DNA from: a virus
Taxonomy: Duplodnaviria > Caudoviricetes
Virus record (IMG/VR): IMGVR_UViG_3300012667_000100
Location: 1 to 29,891 of that record
Length of the DNA stretch: 29,891 bases
Strand: one strand, 5' to 3'
Position 1 is the first letter of the stretch, and each line of letters starts with the position of its first letter. This document shows positions 15,530 to 24,863 of the stretch, piece after piece. The position numbers and the translations under genes are program-made. The notes beneath the pieces were generated by a model. The model did not search any database. It saw nothing but the letters and a program-made list of their open reading frames with translations, and was not told the origin of the DNA.

Positions 15530-16897
15530 TCAACCGAAGAACTCATCAAGAGAGTTAGCCAGTGCGTCAGGGTGATACTTGGCAAGCATTTCTTCGCCAC
15601 CCTTTTCTTTCAAGTAGTCATACCACTCTTTCTCATCCCACATGCCTGGACTCACACCATTCCACAGCTTTTTCCATAGAGGGTGTTCTTTGTTGAGACG
15701 ACGAGACTCAACAAATTCGTAGCGAAGGTTTTCGTAGTCCCAAGAACCCAACTGAAGCATGTTCTCACGGAAGTAGCAAACCAAGCTGATGCGTTCAGCC
15801 TTATCGTCACCAAGAACGATAGGTGTGTTACCGTGGATGATTTCGTGGTTGTTCACCAAGAGCAAGTCACCTGGACGAACGTTCACCGCCACACGAACCT
15901 CAGGGAAAATCAAGTAGCCACCTGTGAAGTTGCCACCGTTCGAGAGAACCAACAAGTTAGACAAGCCTGAATCCAAGTCACCAGCGTCACGGTGTGCCGC
16001 AGTACGGAAAGTCTTGTTCACTGTCAGTGTGGTGAACACAGTCTCAGGAACCAAGTAACGTGGGTCAAGTTTGTCAGCGGCAGCTCGTTGGTTAGACCAG
16101 CGCCATGGTAGCAACTCTTTGAAACCTTTGTTCAATGACTGAAGGAATGGGAATGCCAAGGCAAACTTCTCTGGGTTGTCACGGGTATAGGTAGTTGCGC
16201 GACCGTATGGGATGCGAGGGTAGCGATCGTACCAGCCTGCGATACCAGAGTCAACTGGGTTACCGTAAGAGGTATCTGACACCATGGTCATTGTGTCTTC
16301 AGTAGCCTTGGCACGTGCTTCACGGTCAAGAGGAATGATAGAGTCGACCCACTCGTCAAAGTTGAATTTGCCACGGAAGCGAGAGATAACCCATACGTTG
16401 TTCTTACCTGAACCAAGAGCCTTCAATCGGTCATCTTGAGTTGGGTACTTGCCACGGACAACTTCGATTGGGTCTTCATCAACCAAAGAAGCCGAACGAG
16501 CAGCCAACAGAGCTGTCATCATTTCTTCTTGGTAGTTGGTTACCCACTCACGACCTTCGCCAGTGACAGAGGTGCCTTCTTTGATACCAGAGGCAAGACC
16601 ACGGTTTTCGGTACGAACAGCAGCTTCACGTAGACCTGCGTATGCGGCATCTTGTTCTTCTTGAGAGAAGAAGTTCTTGCGGAACTTGAACGCAATACGC
16701 TTTTCGTTGGCACCTTTGGCGCATGACGAGCAGTCGTTGTTCAATTCGCATGATGCCTGAGAAGCCACATCACAATCTGCTGGGAGATAGCAGTCTGTGT
16801 CCTCTTCAATCAAAATGTCATAGTGCGATTCGTCAACGAAGTGACCAATCAAGTGTTCGCAATCTAGTTTGCTTTGTGCTACAATTACCTTTACCAT
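15530..16897 (-). CDS. TET/JBP-family 2OG-Fe(II) dioxygenase (5-methylpyrimidine dioxygenase)
   Basis: FTTLTVNKTFRTAAHRDAGD (HxD), GGYLIFPE, HGNT (distal His) and RISLVCYFRE (2OG-binding Arg). Confidence 0.88.
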   Translation of the reverse strand: MVKVIVAQSKLDCEHLIGHFVDESHYDILIEEDTDCYLPADCDVASQASCELNNDCSSCAKGANEKRIAFKFRKNFFSQEEQDAAYAGLREAAVRTENRGLASGIKEGTSVTGEGREWVTNYQEEMMTALLAARSASLVDEDPIEVVRGKYPTQDDRLKALGSGKNNVWVISRFRGKFNFDEWVDSIIPLDREARAKATEDTMTMVSDTSYGNPVDSGIAGWYDRYPRIPYGRATTYTRDNPEKFALAFPFLQSLNKGFKELLPWRWSNQRAAADKLDPRYLVPETVFTTLTVNKTFRTAAHRDAGDLDSGLSNLLVLSNGGNFTGGYLIFPEVRVAVNVRPGDLLLVNNHEIIHGNTPIVLGDDKAERISLVCYFRENMLQLGSWDYENLRYEFVESRRLNKEHPLWKKLWNGVSPGMWDEKEWYDYLKEKGGEEMLAKYHPDALANSLDEFFG

Positions 16898-16907
16898 ACC
16901 TTACCTC

Positions 16908-18311
16908 TTAGAAATTGAAACCAGAGAAGTCCTTCTTCTCATCTTTCATACGTTTACCAAACTTTGAACTGTCGAACAGTGGCTTATCTTCTTCCATCTT
17001 ACCAGAGTCAGCGATACCAGCCTGAGCCGATTCTTCAACATCATATAACTTCATCTTGGCTCTGTCGATGCCAACAACGAATCGCTTGTAGTAGCTAGGA
17101 TCGCCGTAGCGATTCTTCAGCTGCTTGATCATAATTTGATTCAACTCTTGCAGTTCTTCAGTACTGATCATCGCGAACATAAAGTCCACTGTCGCTGGTA
17201 AACCAAACGACTCTGAAGTATCCTCAAGACCAACGTCGGAGTTACTAAAACCCGAACGAGTAGTTTGAGTAGCTGACATGATTGGAAGATTGTGTTCAAC
17301 TGCCAAACCACGGAGCTCTTCAGCGATGCTCTTAATATATGTATATGAGTTTACGTTGGCGCCTTGCTTCAAACGCTGTGAGGCACAGATGTTCAAGTAG
17401 TCAATGAACACGATATCAGGAACGAAGTCTTTCTTCAAACGTAGTTCTTCAAGCAAAGCACGGAAGTGACCAGCGTGAGCACCAGCTGTTGGATACTCTT
17501 TGATGATCAACTTACCCTTGGTCTTAGACTTAACCTTGTCGAGCTTGGTTTCGAAGATATCTTTCTCAAGAGCCTTCAAGTCGTCCATGGTGATGTTCAT
17601 CAAGTTAGCATCGATACGTTCAGCGATGCGCTCTTCAGCCATTTCCATTGTGATATAGAGAACGTTCTTGCCGTCCATCAAACACGAAGCAGCCATGTGA
17701 CACATGAACAGAGACTTACCAACACCAGTACCAGCCAGAGCCACGTTCAGAGTTTTCTTTGGTAGACCACCCTTGGTGATTTTGTTCATGAGATCGATGT
17801 CGAAACGAACACGTTCTTCAACACGGTGGTAGAAGTCAAAACGTTGCTCAACGTCCATCAAATAATCATGACCAACGTTTGAGTCGAAGGCAACTGCCAG
17901 AGCAGCAGACAACAGAGAAGGGATAGCGTCTTGCGTGTGTTGTTTGTCTTTGCCGTCAATGATTTTGATTGAGTCAAGGATAGCGTTGTAAACGGCACGG
18001 TCTTTACAGAACTTCTCAGTTGACTTCACCAACCACTCACGGTTGGATGGCTCATCGCTGAAACCATCAACCATGGCGTTGATTGCTTTGTGCTGGTCTT
18101 CAGTTATGTCCTTGCGATTGGACACTTCAATTTTGATCACATCCTTGGTAGGCTGTCGGTTAAACTCTGTGAAGAATTTAGACACAACATCAAACAAGAT
18201 GCGATCGTTCATCTCACCAAAGTAAGCAGGAACAAGAAAGGGCAAAACCTTTCTTGTGTATTCATCATCTTTGATGAGATTCTTCAGGATCTCATTTTCA
18301 ATACGCATCAA
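16908..18311 (-). CDS. gp41: Replicative DNA helicase (T4 gp41-like)
   Basis: Walker A AGTGVGKS, ITMEMAEE, FIDYLNI, SATQTTR and QLKNRY. Confidence 0.96.
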   Translation of the reverse strand: MMRIENEILKNLIKDDEYTRKVLPFLVPAYFGEMNDRILFDVVSKFFTEFNRQPTKDVIKIEVSNRKDITEDQHKAINAMVDGFSDEPSNREWLVKSTEKFCKDRAVYNAILDSIKIIDGKDKQHTQDAIPSLLSAALAVAFDSNVGHDYLMDVEQRFDFYHRVEERVRFDIDLMNKITKGGLPKKTLNVALAGTGVGKSLFMCHMAASCLMDGKNVLYITMEMAEERIAERIDANLMNITMDDLKALEKDIFETKLDKVKSKTKGKLIIKEYPTAGAHAGHFRALLEELRLKKDFVPDIVFIDYLNICASQRLKQGANVNSYTYIKSIAEELRGLAVEHNLPIMSATQTTRSGFSNSDVGLEDTSESFGLPATVDFMFAMISTEELQELNQIMIKQLKNRYGDPSYYKRFVVGIDRAKMKLYDVEESAQAGIADSGKMEEDKPLFDSSKFGKRMKDEKKDFSGFNF

Positions 18312-18316
18312 TTTCC

Positions 18317-19384
18317 TTATTCGTCTTCAAGCGCAGCGAGTTCAGCGTCAATGTCTTCATCGCTGATGATGGTGCCATGGGCAACTTGGTAGTTGTTTTG
18401 AACCCAGTCACGGAACGATTGGCTCATGAGAATGTCCAACCAGAACTCTTTAGAGTCTGTGTCTTTCAGACGCCAGTTCTTTTGTTCAATCTCACCAGTC
18501 TCCATGTTCACACGTTGGTACCAACCAACCTTTGGCTTGATAACGTGACCTGACTCAAGAGCCATGTCCATCAAACCAGACCAACGAGAGATACCACCGT
18601 CATACTTCACGGTAACTGGAATCTTGCTCTTCTCACGAACGTAGCGAGACTTCTCAACGTTGATGATGAAGTTGTAGCCGATGACTTCGGTGCCTTCTTT
18701 TTCTTGCTGGCGACCCAGAATGAAGATGTTATCAGCTGAGTAGTAAGAACCTGTACCACCACCAACGATGGCTTTCGGGAACATACCAATTTCCATGTAG
18801 GTGTGGTTCACCACGACCATAGGAATATCCTTCATGGTCAAGTGCGGTGTTACCATACGGAACAGAGACTTCAACTGTTTGGCACGAGTCATATCGCCCA
18901 CTGACTTTTCGTTCAGCGCATCTTCAACTTCTTTCTTAGAAGCCAAGTTACCGATAGAGTCAACCAAGATGATCACACGTTCGTCGCGTTGGATCTCGTT
19001 GATCTGTTTCATAATGTCAAACTTCAGCTGTTCAACGTCAGTGATTGGTGTATGGATAACACGCTCAGTGTCGATACCGAACGAATCGAAGTACGACTGT
19101 GGTGTACCGAATTCTGAATCATAGAACAACAGCACTGACTCAGGGTACTTGTCCATATAGGACTTTGCCATCAACAACGAGAACGCTGTCTTGAAGTGCT
19201 TCGATGGACCTGCCCACATTGTGAGTCCAGGTGTCAGACCACCATCAAGGCGACCCGAAAGGGCAACGTTGATAGCAGGGATTGTGGTTGGAATCATGTC
19301 CTTCTTTTGGAAGAACTTTGACTTCGACAGAATCGCTGACTCAGCGATCGTCGAGTTCTTACGAATCTTTTCTAGTAAGCTCAT
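18317..19384 (-). CDS. uvsX: RecA-like recombinase UvsX
   Basis: AGPSKHFKT, FYDSEFG, DSIGNLASKKE and VGGGTG. Confidence 0.96.
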   Translation of the reverse strand: MSLLEKIRKNSTIAESAILSKSKFFQKKDMIPTTIPAINVALSGRLDGGLTPGLTMWAGPSKHFKTAFSLLMAKSYMDKYPESVLLFYDSEFGTPQSYFDSFGIDTERVIHTPITDVEQLKFDIMKQINEIQRDERVIILVDSIGNLASKKEVEDALNEKSVGDMTRAKQLKSLFRMVTPHLTMKDIPMVVVNHTYMEIGMFPKAIVGGGTGSYYSADNIFILGRQQEKEGTEVIGYNFIINVEKSRYVREKSKIPVTVKYDGGISRWSGLMDMALESGHVIKPKVGWYQRVNMETGEIEQKNWRLKDTDSKEFWLDILMSQSFRDWVQNNYQVAHGTIISDEDIDAELAALEDE

Positions 19385-19653
19385 TCTGCTTTTCCTTCTT
19401 CTTGAGCTGGTTCTTCAACAGCGGCACGGAGCTCGTCTTCAGGGAACACAGCGGACACTGGTTGACACACCATTGAGGCATACTCAAAGGCACAAATCAA
19501 ACACAAGTGAACATCTTTGTAGCCAAACTCTGGCGCATTCAATGTGAAGTGGTGCGGTCCAACATCACCATGCTTCTCACAGATAACCTTCGGCAACACA
19601 GGTTGTTCGTAAGGTTGTTGAGCCATCGGGGCTTCTTGGGTTTCGTCAGTCAT
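19381..19653 (-). CDS. Small hypothetical protein with CxxH...CxxC putative Zn site
   Basis: ICEKHG...LCLIC; AGGAG RBS; ATGA overlap with uvsX. Confidence 0.7.
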   Translation of the reverse strand: MTDETQEAPMAQQPYEQPVLPKVICEKHGDVGPHHFTLNAPEFGYKDVHLCLICAFEYASMVCQPVSAVFPEDELRAAVEEPAQEEGKAE

Positions 19654-19661
19654 ATTATCTC

Positions 19662-22178
19662 CTAGGAAAAGAAATCTTCAAGCGAGGACTGTTCTTCGGC
19701 AGTCCAGTTGATCGCATCGAGGATAGTTGAAAGTGGATCGAGAAAAACCTTCTCGTACTGTTTATTATAATCTATGTAGCCATTTATGTCAAACTCTTCA
19801 GGAATCTTGCCGCTGAACGAGATGACGTTTTCGCTGAGAGTGTTTGGCTCTTTCAAGTAGATGAACTTGATTTTGTCACCGTCACGAATTGGTTGATACT
19901 TGTCAGTCAGATTCAACTCTCGCAGCTTGTGATTGTAAACAAGAGCACCACGAACATGAATCGGTGTCGCCTTTCGATAGATGCTGGTTGGGTCAGCGTA
20001 CTCAGTGATACCATTCACGCCACGAGGGAACGCAATGTCTTCGATGGGCAGAGTCATAAACTCTTCACGACAGTCAGCCACAAACTTATGTAGGGCTGAC
20101 TTGTCACCACCAAGGATAACGCCGATACTTGACTTCAACTTCTCACGCACGATATGTGGAGTTGAAGACTTAACCACCTCGAGACCCATGATCTTCATCT
20201 TGGGAGTTGCGTAGTCAACACCTTCGGAGTTGTGAACGTTGAGCACGTAGCGCTTCTTGGCAACGAAGATACCCTTGTCGGCGATTGACTCTCGCTTCAT
20301 CACCATCTTCTGCTCGTAGGCATTCAGATATGTAGCAAGTTCTTCGTACGACTTGTCAATGACTGATTGAATCTTGTCTTCACAAATCTGGTCAATGAAC
20401 GAGACGACCTTCTTGGTGTCGTAGTCTTTGCCGAACACCTTCTCAACCAGAGGGTTAAAGTTCAGGTAGCATGAGTCAGTGTCAATGGCAATCACATAGT
20501 CAACAGCTGCGGTTTTCAACACGGAGTTGAAGTATTCATTGAACGTCTTAGCAATCCAACGAATAGACAACTGACCAGACATCGTGATGCCTTCGGCGAT
20601 GCGGTTATCGAACCAACGGAAGTACTGGTTTGCCAAGGAACCGTAAGCTGAGTTCAACGAAATCTTCATAGCCATCTGAAGGTTGTTCAGTCGGGAGACT
20701 TCTTTGTCCATCTCGTAGGCTGTTTTCTTGTCGCCTGACTTCTTGGCATCTTCGTACTTCTGTTGAGCAGCAAGCATCTCTTTCTTGAAACGCTTACGGT
20801 TATCATACATTTCCTGCATCAGTTCAGGAAGGAAGCCACGTTTGTCTTTGCGATAGCACCAGCCGTTTGCTGCCATGGACAGGTTCTTCTCAACCAGTTC
20901 AGCTGAGTAGTCAACCTCACGGAACAACAGCTTATCAACTGATGCGGAATACTGAAGACCCTGAACCAAAGTCTCAGGACTCATGTTGTACTGCATGATC
21001 AAGTGAGGATACAGAGAGTTCAAGTCGAACGACACGACCCACTTGTGGTAGCCAAGCAACGGTGCCTTCACGTAGCCACCTTCGATACCATCAGAGTGGC
21101 TCGAGCGTGGGCGTGGCGGCAGCGCAATCTGTTGACCCTTCAACTTGTTGTAGATCATGGTATCCCACATGCGACCCTGCGAGAACACGTCTTCGTAGTT
21201 GACCTTGCCGTAGTAAGCCATAACGCAAGCCAACTCGATCAGACGCATCTTATCTTCAAGACGGTCAATCAAGCGAACGTCTTTCATGTTGTACTTGACG
21301 AAGGTGTCCCAGTGTGATGTGTAGAAATCTTTGAACGACTCGGTTGGGTTCTCTAGCTTGCGCTCACCAAGTTCAACGAAGGCGATGTGGTCAAGTTTGT
21401 ATGACTCTTGCATGCCGTAGGTGAACTTCTTGTACAAATCCAAGTAGTCAAGGATAGCAACGCCAGCGATGTCATACTGAATCTCCTCGTTACCCTTCAC
21501 GAAGGTTCGGCGTTCTTTCACCAGTTTCCACGGAGAGATGGCATTGGTCCACTCGTCACCAAGAACCACAGTGGCACGGCGAATGATGTATGGAATATCG
21601 AAGAAGTTAATGTTCCAGCCAGTGAGAACATCGGGACCAAGTTCACGCAGGTCGTTGAGGAAACGCATGAGCATCAACTCTTCGGACTTGAAGTACAGAT
21701 AGGCAGCATCTGTTTCGCCGTTCAGATATGGGTGAGTGCCATAGGTTGTTAGACGTTTGGTCTTGAAGTCCTGAATCGTAATCAACAGGATCTCTTCGTT
21801 CGCATGTTCAATCGAAGGGAAACCGTTTTCAACTGTGGTCTCAATGTCGATACCAATGACACGGAGCAAGTCTTTATCGTAGACAATATCTTTCTTCCAC
21901 GTGTCGCTGATGAACTGGAACGTGAAGTTGTTATTGCCGAAGACCTTGAAGTTTGACACGTCTTCAAACTTAGACATGAAGTCTTTGGTTTCTTTCATGG
22001 AGCCTGGATTCACAGGCTTGACGCTCTGCCCATCGATCGTGGTCCAACCTGTCTGCTCCTTACAGGGAACATACATGGTTGGCTCGAATGGGACTTTCTT
22101 CTTCACGGGCAAGCCATCTGCGTAGCCTCGGACTAGCAGATTGTTGCCGTATGGGTGTACGTTTGTGTAAAAATCCAT
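19662..22178 (-). CDS. gp43: Family B DNA polymerase (T4 gp43-like)
   Basis: Exonuclease DIET and GWN..FFDIPY; polymerase SFDLNSLYP, K..LNSAYG, DTDS and KKRY; single uninterrupted ORF. Confidence 0.97.
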   Translation of the reverse strand: MDFYTNVHPYGNNLLVRGYADGLPVKKKVPFEPTMYVPCKEQTGWTTIDGQSVKPVNPGSMKETKDFMSKFEDVSNFKVFGNNNFTFQFISDTWKKDIVYDKDLLRVIGIDIETTVENGFPSIEHANEEILLITIQDFKTKRLTTYGTHPYLNGETDAAYLYFKSEELMLMRFLNDLRELGPDVLTGWNINFFDIPYIIRRATVVLGDEWTNAISPWKLVKERRTFVKGNEEIQYDIAGVAILDYLDLYKKFTYGMQESYKLDHIAFVELGERKLENPTESFKDFYTSHWDTFVKYNMKDVRLIDRLEDKMRLIELACVMAYYGKVNYEDVFSQGRMWDTMIYNKLKGQQIALPPRPRSSHSDGIEGGYVKAPLLGYHKWVVSFDLNSLYPHLIMQYNMSPETLVQGLQYSASVDKLLFREVDYSAELVEKNLSMAANGWCYRKDKRGFLPELMQEMYDNRKRFKKEMLAAQQKYEDAKKSGDKKTAYEMDKEVSRLNNLQMAMKISLNSAYGSLANQYFRWFDNRIAEGITMSGQLSIRWIAKTFNEYFNSVLKTAAVDYVIAIDTDSCYLNFNPLVEKVFGKDYDTKKVVSFIDQICEDKIQSVIDKSYEELATYLNAYEQKMVMKRESIADKGIFVAKKRYVLNVHNSEGVDYATPKMKIMGLEVVKSSTPHIVREKLKSSIGVILGGDKSALHKFVADCREEFMTLPIEDIAFPRGVNGITEYADPTSIYRKATPIHVRGALVYNHKLRELNLTDKYQPIRDGDKIKFIYLKEPNTLSENVISFSGKIPEEFDINGYIDYNKQYEKVFLDPLSTILDAINWTAEEQSSLEDFFS

Positions 22179-22739
22179 TTAGATTCCGTAGAGTAACATC
22201 ATGATGTCAAAGGCACAGTCATGTGTTGGGTGGTGTTTGGTGACGTCGTTCTTATCAAAGTCTTTGACTTGACAGTAACCGTCCCGTGCTGTTGAGCACA
22301 AGATATCAACTGCTGTTCTCACATCACGCCAGTTGTTGAAGCGAGTGATCAAGTCTAGACCAGCTGCCTTACACAAACTGTCAATGCCCATCTGGTCAAG
22401 AGAACCACGTGCCCAGAACATTTGGTTCGAACCACCGTGACTTGCGATGTACTGGTTGATGAGAGCGATACCTTCGGCAGTGGTAACGTCATCCTTGCTT
22501 GGTGTTAGACTTACTTTCTTCACGTAGTCATGTTGCTTGCTCCACCATTCGATGGTGCCCTTGTCGATGGTGCGCTTGAGTTGCTTAATCTGCTCCTCAA
22601 CATCGAACTTCACAAATAACGCAGAGTCAAGTAACTCTTGGTACGTGGGTTTCTGACCATCAGCCACATGAATGATAGAGGCTGATAGAATGACACACGT
22701 GGACTCTACACCTAGAGTCTCAATATCGAACATAAACAT
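22179..22739 (-). CDS. DEDDh 3'-5' exonuclease (DexA-like)
   Basis: Likely start MFMFDIETLG at 22739; WARG..D, WRDVRT and HHPTHDCAFD. Confidence 0.8.
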   Translation of the reverse strand: MFMFDIETLGVESTCVILSASIIHVADGQKPTYQELLDSALFVKFDVEEQIKQLKRTIDKGTIEWWSKQHDYVKKVSLTPSKDDVTTAEGIALINQYIASHGGSNQMFWARGSLDQMGIDSLCKAAGLDLITRFNNWRDVRTAVDILCSTARDGYCQVKDFDKNDVTKHHPTHDCAFDIMMLLYGI

Positions 22740-22774
22740 AATTTCTTTCCAATGAAAAACACATCCAAGCATAT

Positions 22775-22803
22775 AGTATACTCGGATGTGCCGTATTTGT
22801 CAA
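22775..22803 (-). promoter_or_regulatory. sigma70-type promoter for the exonuclease-gp43-uvsX-gp41 genes
   Basis: TTGACA (22803-22798), N17, TATACT (22780-22775). Confidence 0.8.
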
Positions 22804-22804
22804 A

Positions 22805-23299
22805 TCAATCTTGCGATTCTTGGTACTCGAGGAACGCATCTTCAAGTCCAGCCCACTCAACCAATTCTTGCGGGATGTCGTTCTTGCTATCAGGGTCACT
22901 GATATCGTACTCGTATTCTTCAAGTGCGCCATTCAAGAAACGGCTCACGAATGCCATTCCTGGCTCATGGGCAAGGGCTTCAATCTGCCAGTCAGCTGCC
23001 ACCAGATATTCGTACAGAGCTATTGGCGGTGCCCACGCAGTCTCAAAGAACACGGTGACTGTGTAGTCATCGTTACGTTGGAATCGAATCTCGCTGGCAT
23101 CCCACTTGGTGCCCCAGTTGGTCACATTCCAGTTGTACCAGTCATCGGCTTGGTCCAAGGGACATGGTCGCAACAGATTGAACAGTTGACCAGAAGGGAA
23201 ACCGTCTTCATCGACTGTCTCCAGTTCAGTTTGAATTCGGTCAATCAAACCCTTGCTTGGGTTGAAGAATCTTGCTGTGTTTTCGCACCAATTTGGCAT
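22805..23299 (-). CDS. DUF1281/YubB ferredoxin-like domain protein
   Basis: MPNWCEN...WYNWNVTNWGTKWD...FETAWAPP signature; AGGAG RBS. Confidence 0.8.
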   Translation of the reverse strand: MPNWCENTARFFNPSKGLIDRIQTELETVDEDGFPSGQLFNLLRPCPLDQADDWYNWNVTNWGTKWDASEIRFQRNDDYTVTVFFETAWAPPIALYEYLVAADWQIEALAHEPGMAFVSRFLNGALEEYEYDISDPDSKNDIPQELVEWAGLEDAFLEYQESQD

Positions 23300-23307
23300 G
23301 TCGTCTC

Positions 23308-23511
23308 CTAGTTCATCAATCCGTTAGCCACGCCAGAGAACACAATCTTGCCCTGATCCATAGCATCGTCCAGTTTCTTTTCTTCAGCCACATCATAGAT
23401 GCGCTCTTGAATAAACTCCAGCTCTTCGAGCGTCAAGGCAGTGGACGGTAATTTGCCATCGAGCACTTGTTGAAGCACTTTGATTCGGTCATCAGATAGG
23501 TGTGTTATCAC
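23308..23511 (-). CDS. Small hypothetical protein
   Basis: 67 aa acidic ORF packed in the early cluster. Confidence 0.6.
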   Translation of the reverse strand: MITHLSDDRIKVLQQVLDGKLPSTALTLEELEFIQERIYDVAEEKKLDDAMDQGKIVFSGVANGLMN

Positions 23512-23671
23512 TGGGGTTCATTTCATTGTAAAGGGTTTCAACTGTCGAACGGTCAACCTTCATTTGGGTGGCGACACGATCGAACAGTTCATCAAAGTCG
23601 TCAAAGCCAGCGAAGAATTCAATCGCCAGTTGTTCACGAATGTCGTCAAGTAGGTTCTTGGTCTTACTCAA
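23492..23671 (-). CDS. Small hypothetical protein (probable TTG start)
   Basis: AGGAG precedes TTG at 23671 (LSKTKNLL...), overlapping the end of the previous gene. Confidence 0.55.
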   Translation of the reverse strand: MSKTKNLLDDIREQLAIEFFAGFDDFDELFDRVATQMKVDRSTVETLYNEMNPSDNTPI

Positions 23672-23900
23672 TATATCTCTCCTGAATGATTCTCTTACAG
23701 ACAGCAGGGGATCGGCACTTCTCACCGTTGATATGGATGTTGCGCCCCTGAATCTTCAGAGTGAATTGTGGTGTAACATATACATAGGTCTTTTTCGTTC
23801 CTACGACTTGTCGTTCTTTGGTGTATGTGAAGCCACCAAAGTATAGTGTGTCTTGCAGTTCTTCACATGCAAGTTTAGCCATGAATGCGTCATTAGCCAA
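23664..23900 (-). CDS. Small hypothetical protein
   Basis: 78 aa ORF overlapping both neighbours by 8 nt. Confidence 0.6.
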   Translation of the reverse strand: MANDAFMAKLACEELQDTLYFGGFTYTKERQVVGTKKTYVYVTPQFTLKIQGRNIHINGEKCRSPAVCKRIIQERYIE

Positions 23901-24267
23901 GGTGATTCACCATGAGTTGGATTCGTTGCGCAGCTGTGGCACCTTCGTTGTATATTTCTTTTTCGTTGTAGTCGACAGCGCTCTTCAAGCACTTCTTATA
24001 GTCTTCGGCAACTTCATCGCAAATCCCAGCAACAGCCAGCTTGAAAGACGCTCGGGTATGTTCCGGAATTGGCGCAGCGGGATCGAAGGCACGTTCAGCA
24101 ACCAGCTTTTCGAATGTGTCCCATAGCTTTTCGAAGCGATGTTGGTACACAATCTTAAGAGCCTCGTACGAGAGATCGGATGCCTCGGCATCTAGTAAAA
24201 GCTGTAGGTCGTCAGTGACTTTCCAGCAGTCAAGGATTTGTTGTTCTAGGTCAAAGCGTGTAGTCAT
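23893..24267 (-). CDS. Hypothetical protein
   Basis: 124 aa; RFDLEQQILDCW...FEKLWDTFE; ATGA-coupled to the upstream small ORF. Confidence 0.7.
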   Translation of the reverse strand: MTTRFDLEQQILDCWKVTDDLQLLLDAEASDLSYEALKIVYQHRFEKLWDTFEKLVAERAFDPAAPIPEHTRASFKLAVAGICDEVAEDYKKCLKSAVDYNEKEIYNEGATAAQRIQLMVNHLG

Positions 24268-24395
24268 GCGAATTCTTTTTCTTCAATATCTTGGGTACAG
24301 ATGACACCACCGTTGTTCAGTTGGTAGAGTTCAGCGACAGCCTTCACGAAGAAAACCATGACGCGACCCGTGGGCATAATCAGAGTATAACGCAT
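24264..24395 (-). CDS. 43-aa hypothetical protein (not in the ORF track)
   Basis: MRYTLIMPTGRVMVFFVKAVAELYQLNNGGVICTQDIEEKEFA; TGATG overlap upstream and ATGA overlap downstream. Confidence 0.7.
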   Translation of the reverse strand: MRYTLIMPTGRVMVFFVKAVAELYQLNNGGVICTQDIEEKEFA

Positions 24396-24550
24396 CAGGC
24401 GAACTTCACTTTGTTCAAGCCAGCAGCCATCACGGCGAGACCAGCGACAGCGACAGCCACCAAGGGCAAAAGTTGCGCATCAGTAGCGTTATCAAGACCA
24501 CCAACAGAACCGAACACCATCATAAAGCCAACGAAAACACGAATCATCAT
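24395..24550 (-). CDS. Small membrane protein (two hydrophobic segments)
   Basis: Start MMIRVFVG after a TAAGGGG RBS, downstream of a promoter. Confidence 0.65.
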   Translation of the reverse strand: MMIRVFVGFMMVFGSVGGLDNATDAQLLPLVAVAVAGLAVMAAGLNKVKFA

Positions 24551-24569
24551 AAACCCCTTATCAGTCATC

Positions 24570-24629
24570 ATAGAATAATTATACCCGAAAACCCAATTAT
24601 CGTCAACCATAGCCCTACTGGGCGTAGGG
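24570..24629 (-). promoter_or_regulatory. Early promoter plus stem-loop cassette, copy 1
   Basis: TTGACG (24606-24601), N17, TATAAT (24583-24578); ccctac-N5-gtaggg hairpin at 24613-24629. Confidence 0.8.
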
Positions 24630-24634
24630 TTATT

Positions 24635-24841
24635 TTAGACGAAGTCGAAGGCAGCTTCACCGTCCACACGGCTCAGGATGATCCCGCAGCGGAGTTCTTT
24701 CAACAGGGCAGTTTCCAGCTTCACAGCTTCTTTCACGGAGCAGGTAACGAACAGAGAGCCGTTCACGAAGTTAGCCTCAAACGACTCAACTTCACGGAGG
24801 GTTTTACGAACCACAGTCAACACACGCTTTTCGAAACTCAT
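24635..24841 (-). CDS. Small hypothetical early protein
   Basis: 68 aa, AAGGA RBS, flanked by the two promoter cassettes. Confidence 0.7.
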   Translation of the reverse strand: MSFEKRVLTVVRKTLREVESFEANFVNGSLFVTCSVKEAVKLETALLKELRCGIILSRVDGEAAFDFV

Positions 24842-24863
24842 CTTATATCCTTTTCGTCTTTCA

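Noticed and set aside
19662-22178. Possible intein, intron or split in the DNA polymerase (also checked helicase and UvsX)
   Set aside because: Lengths are normal and motifs contiguous; no intein or homing-endonuclease signatures seen.
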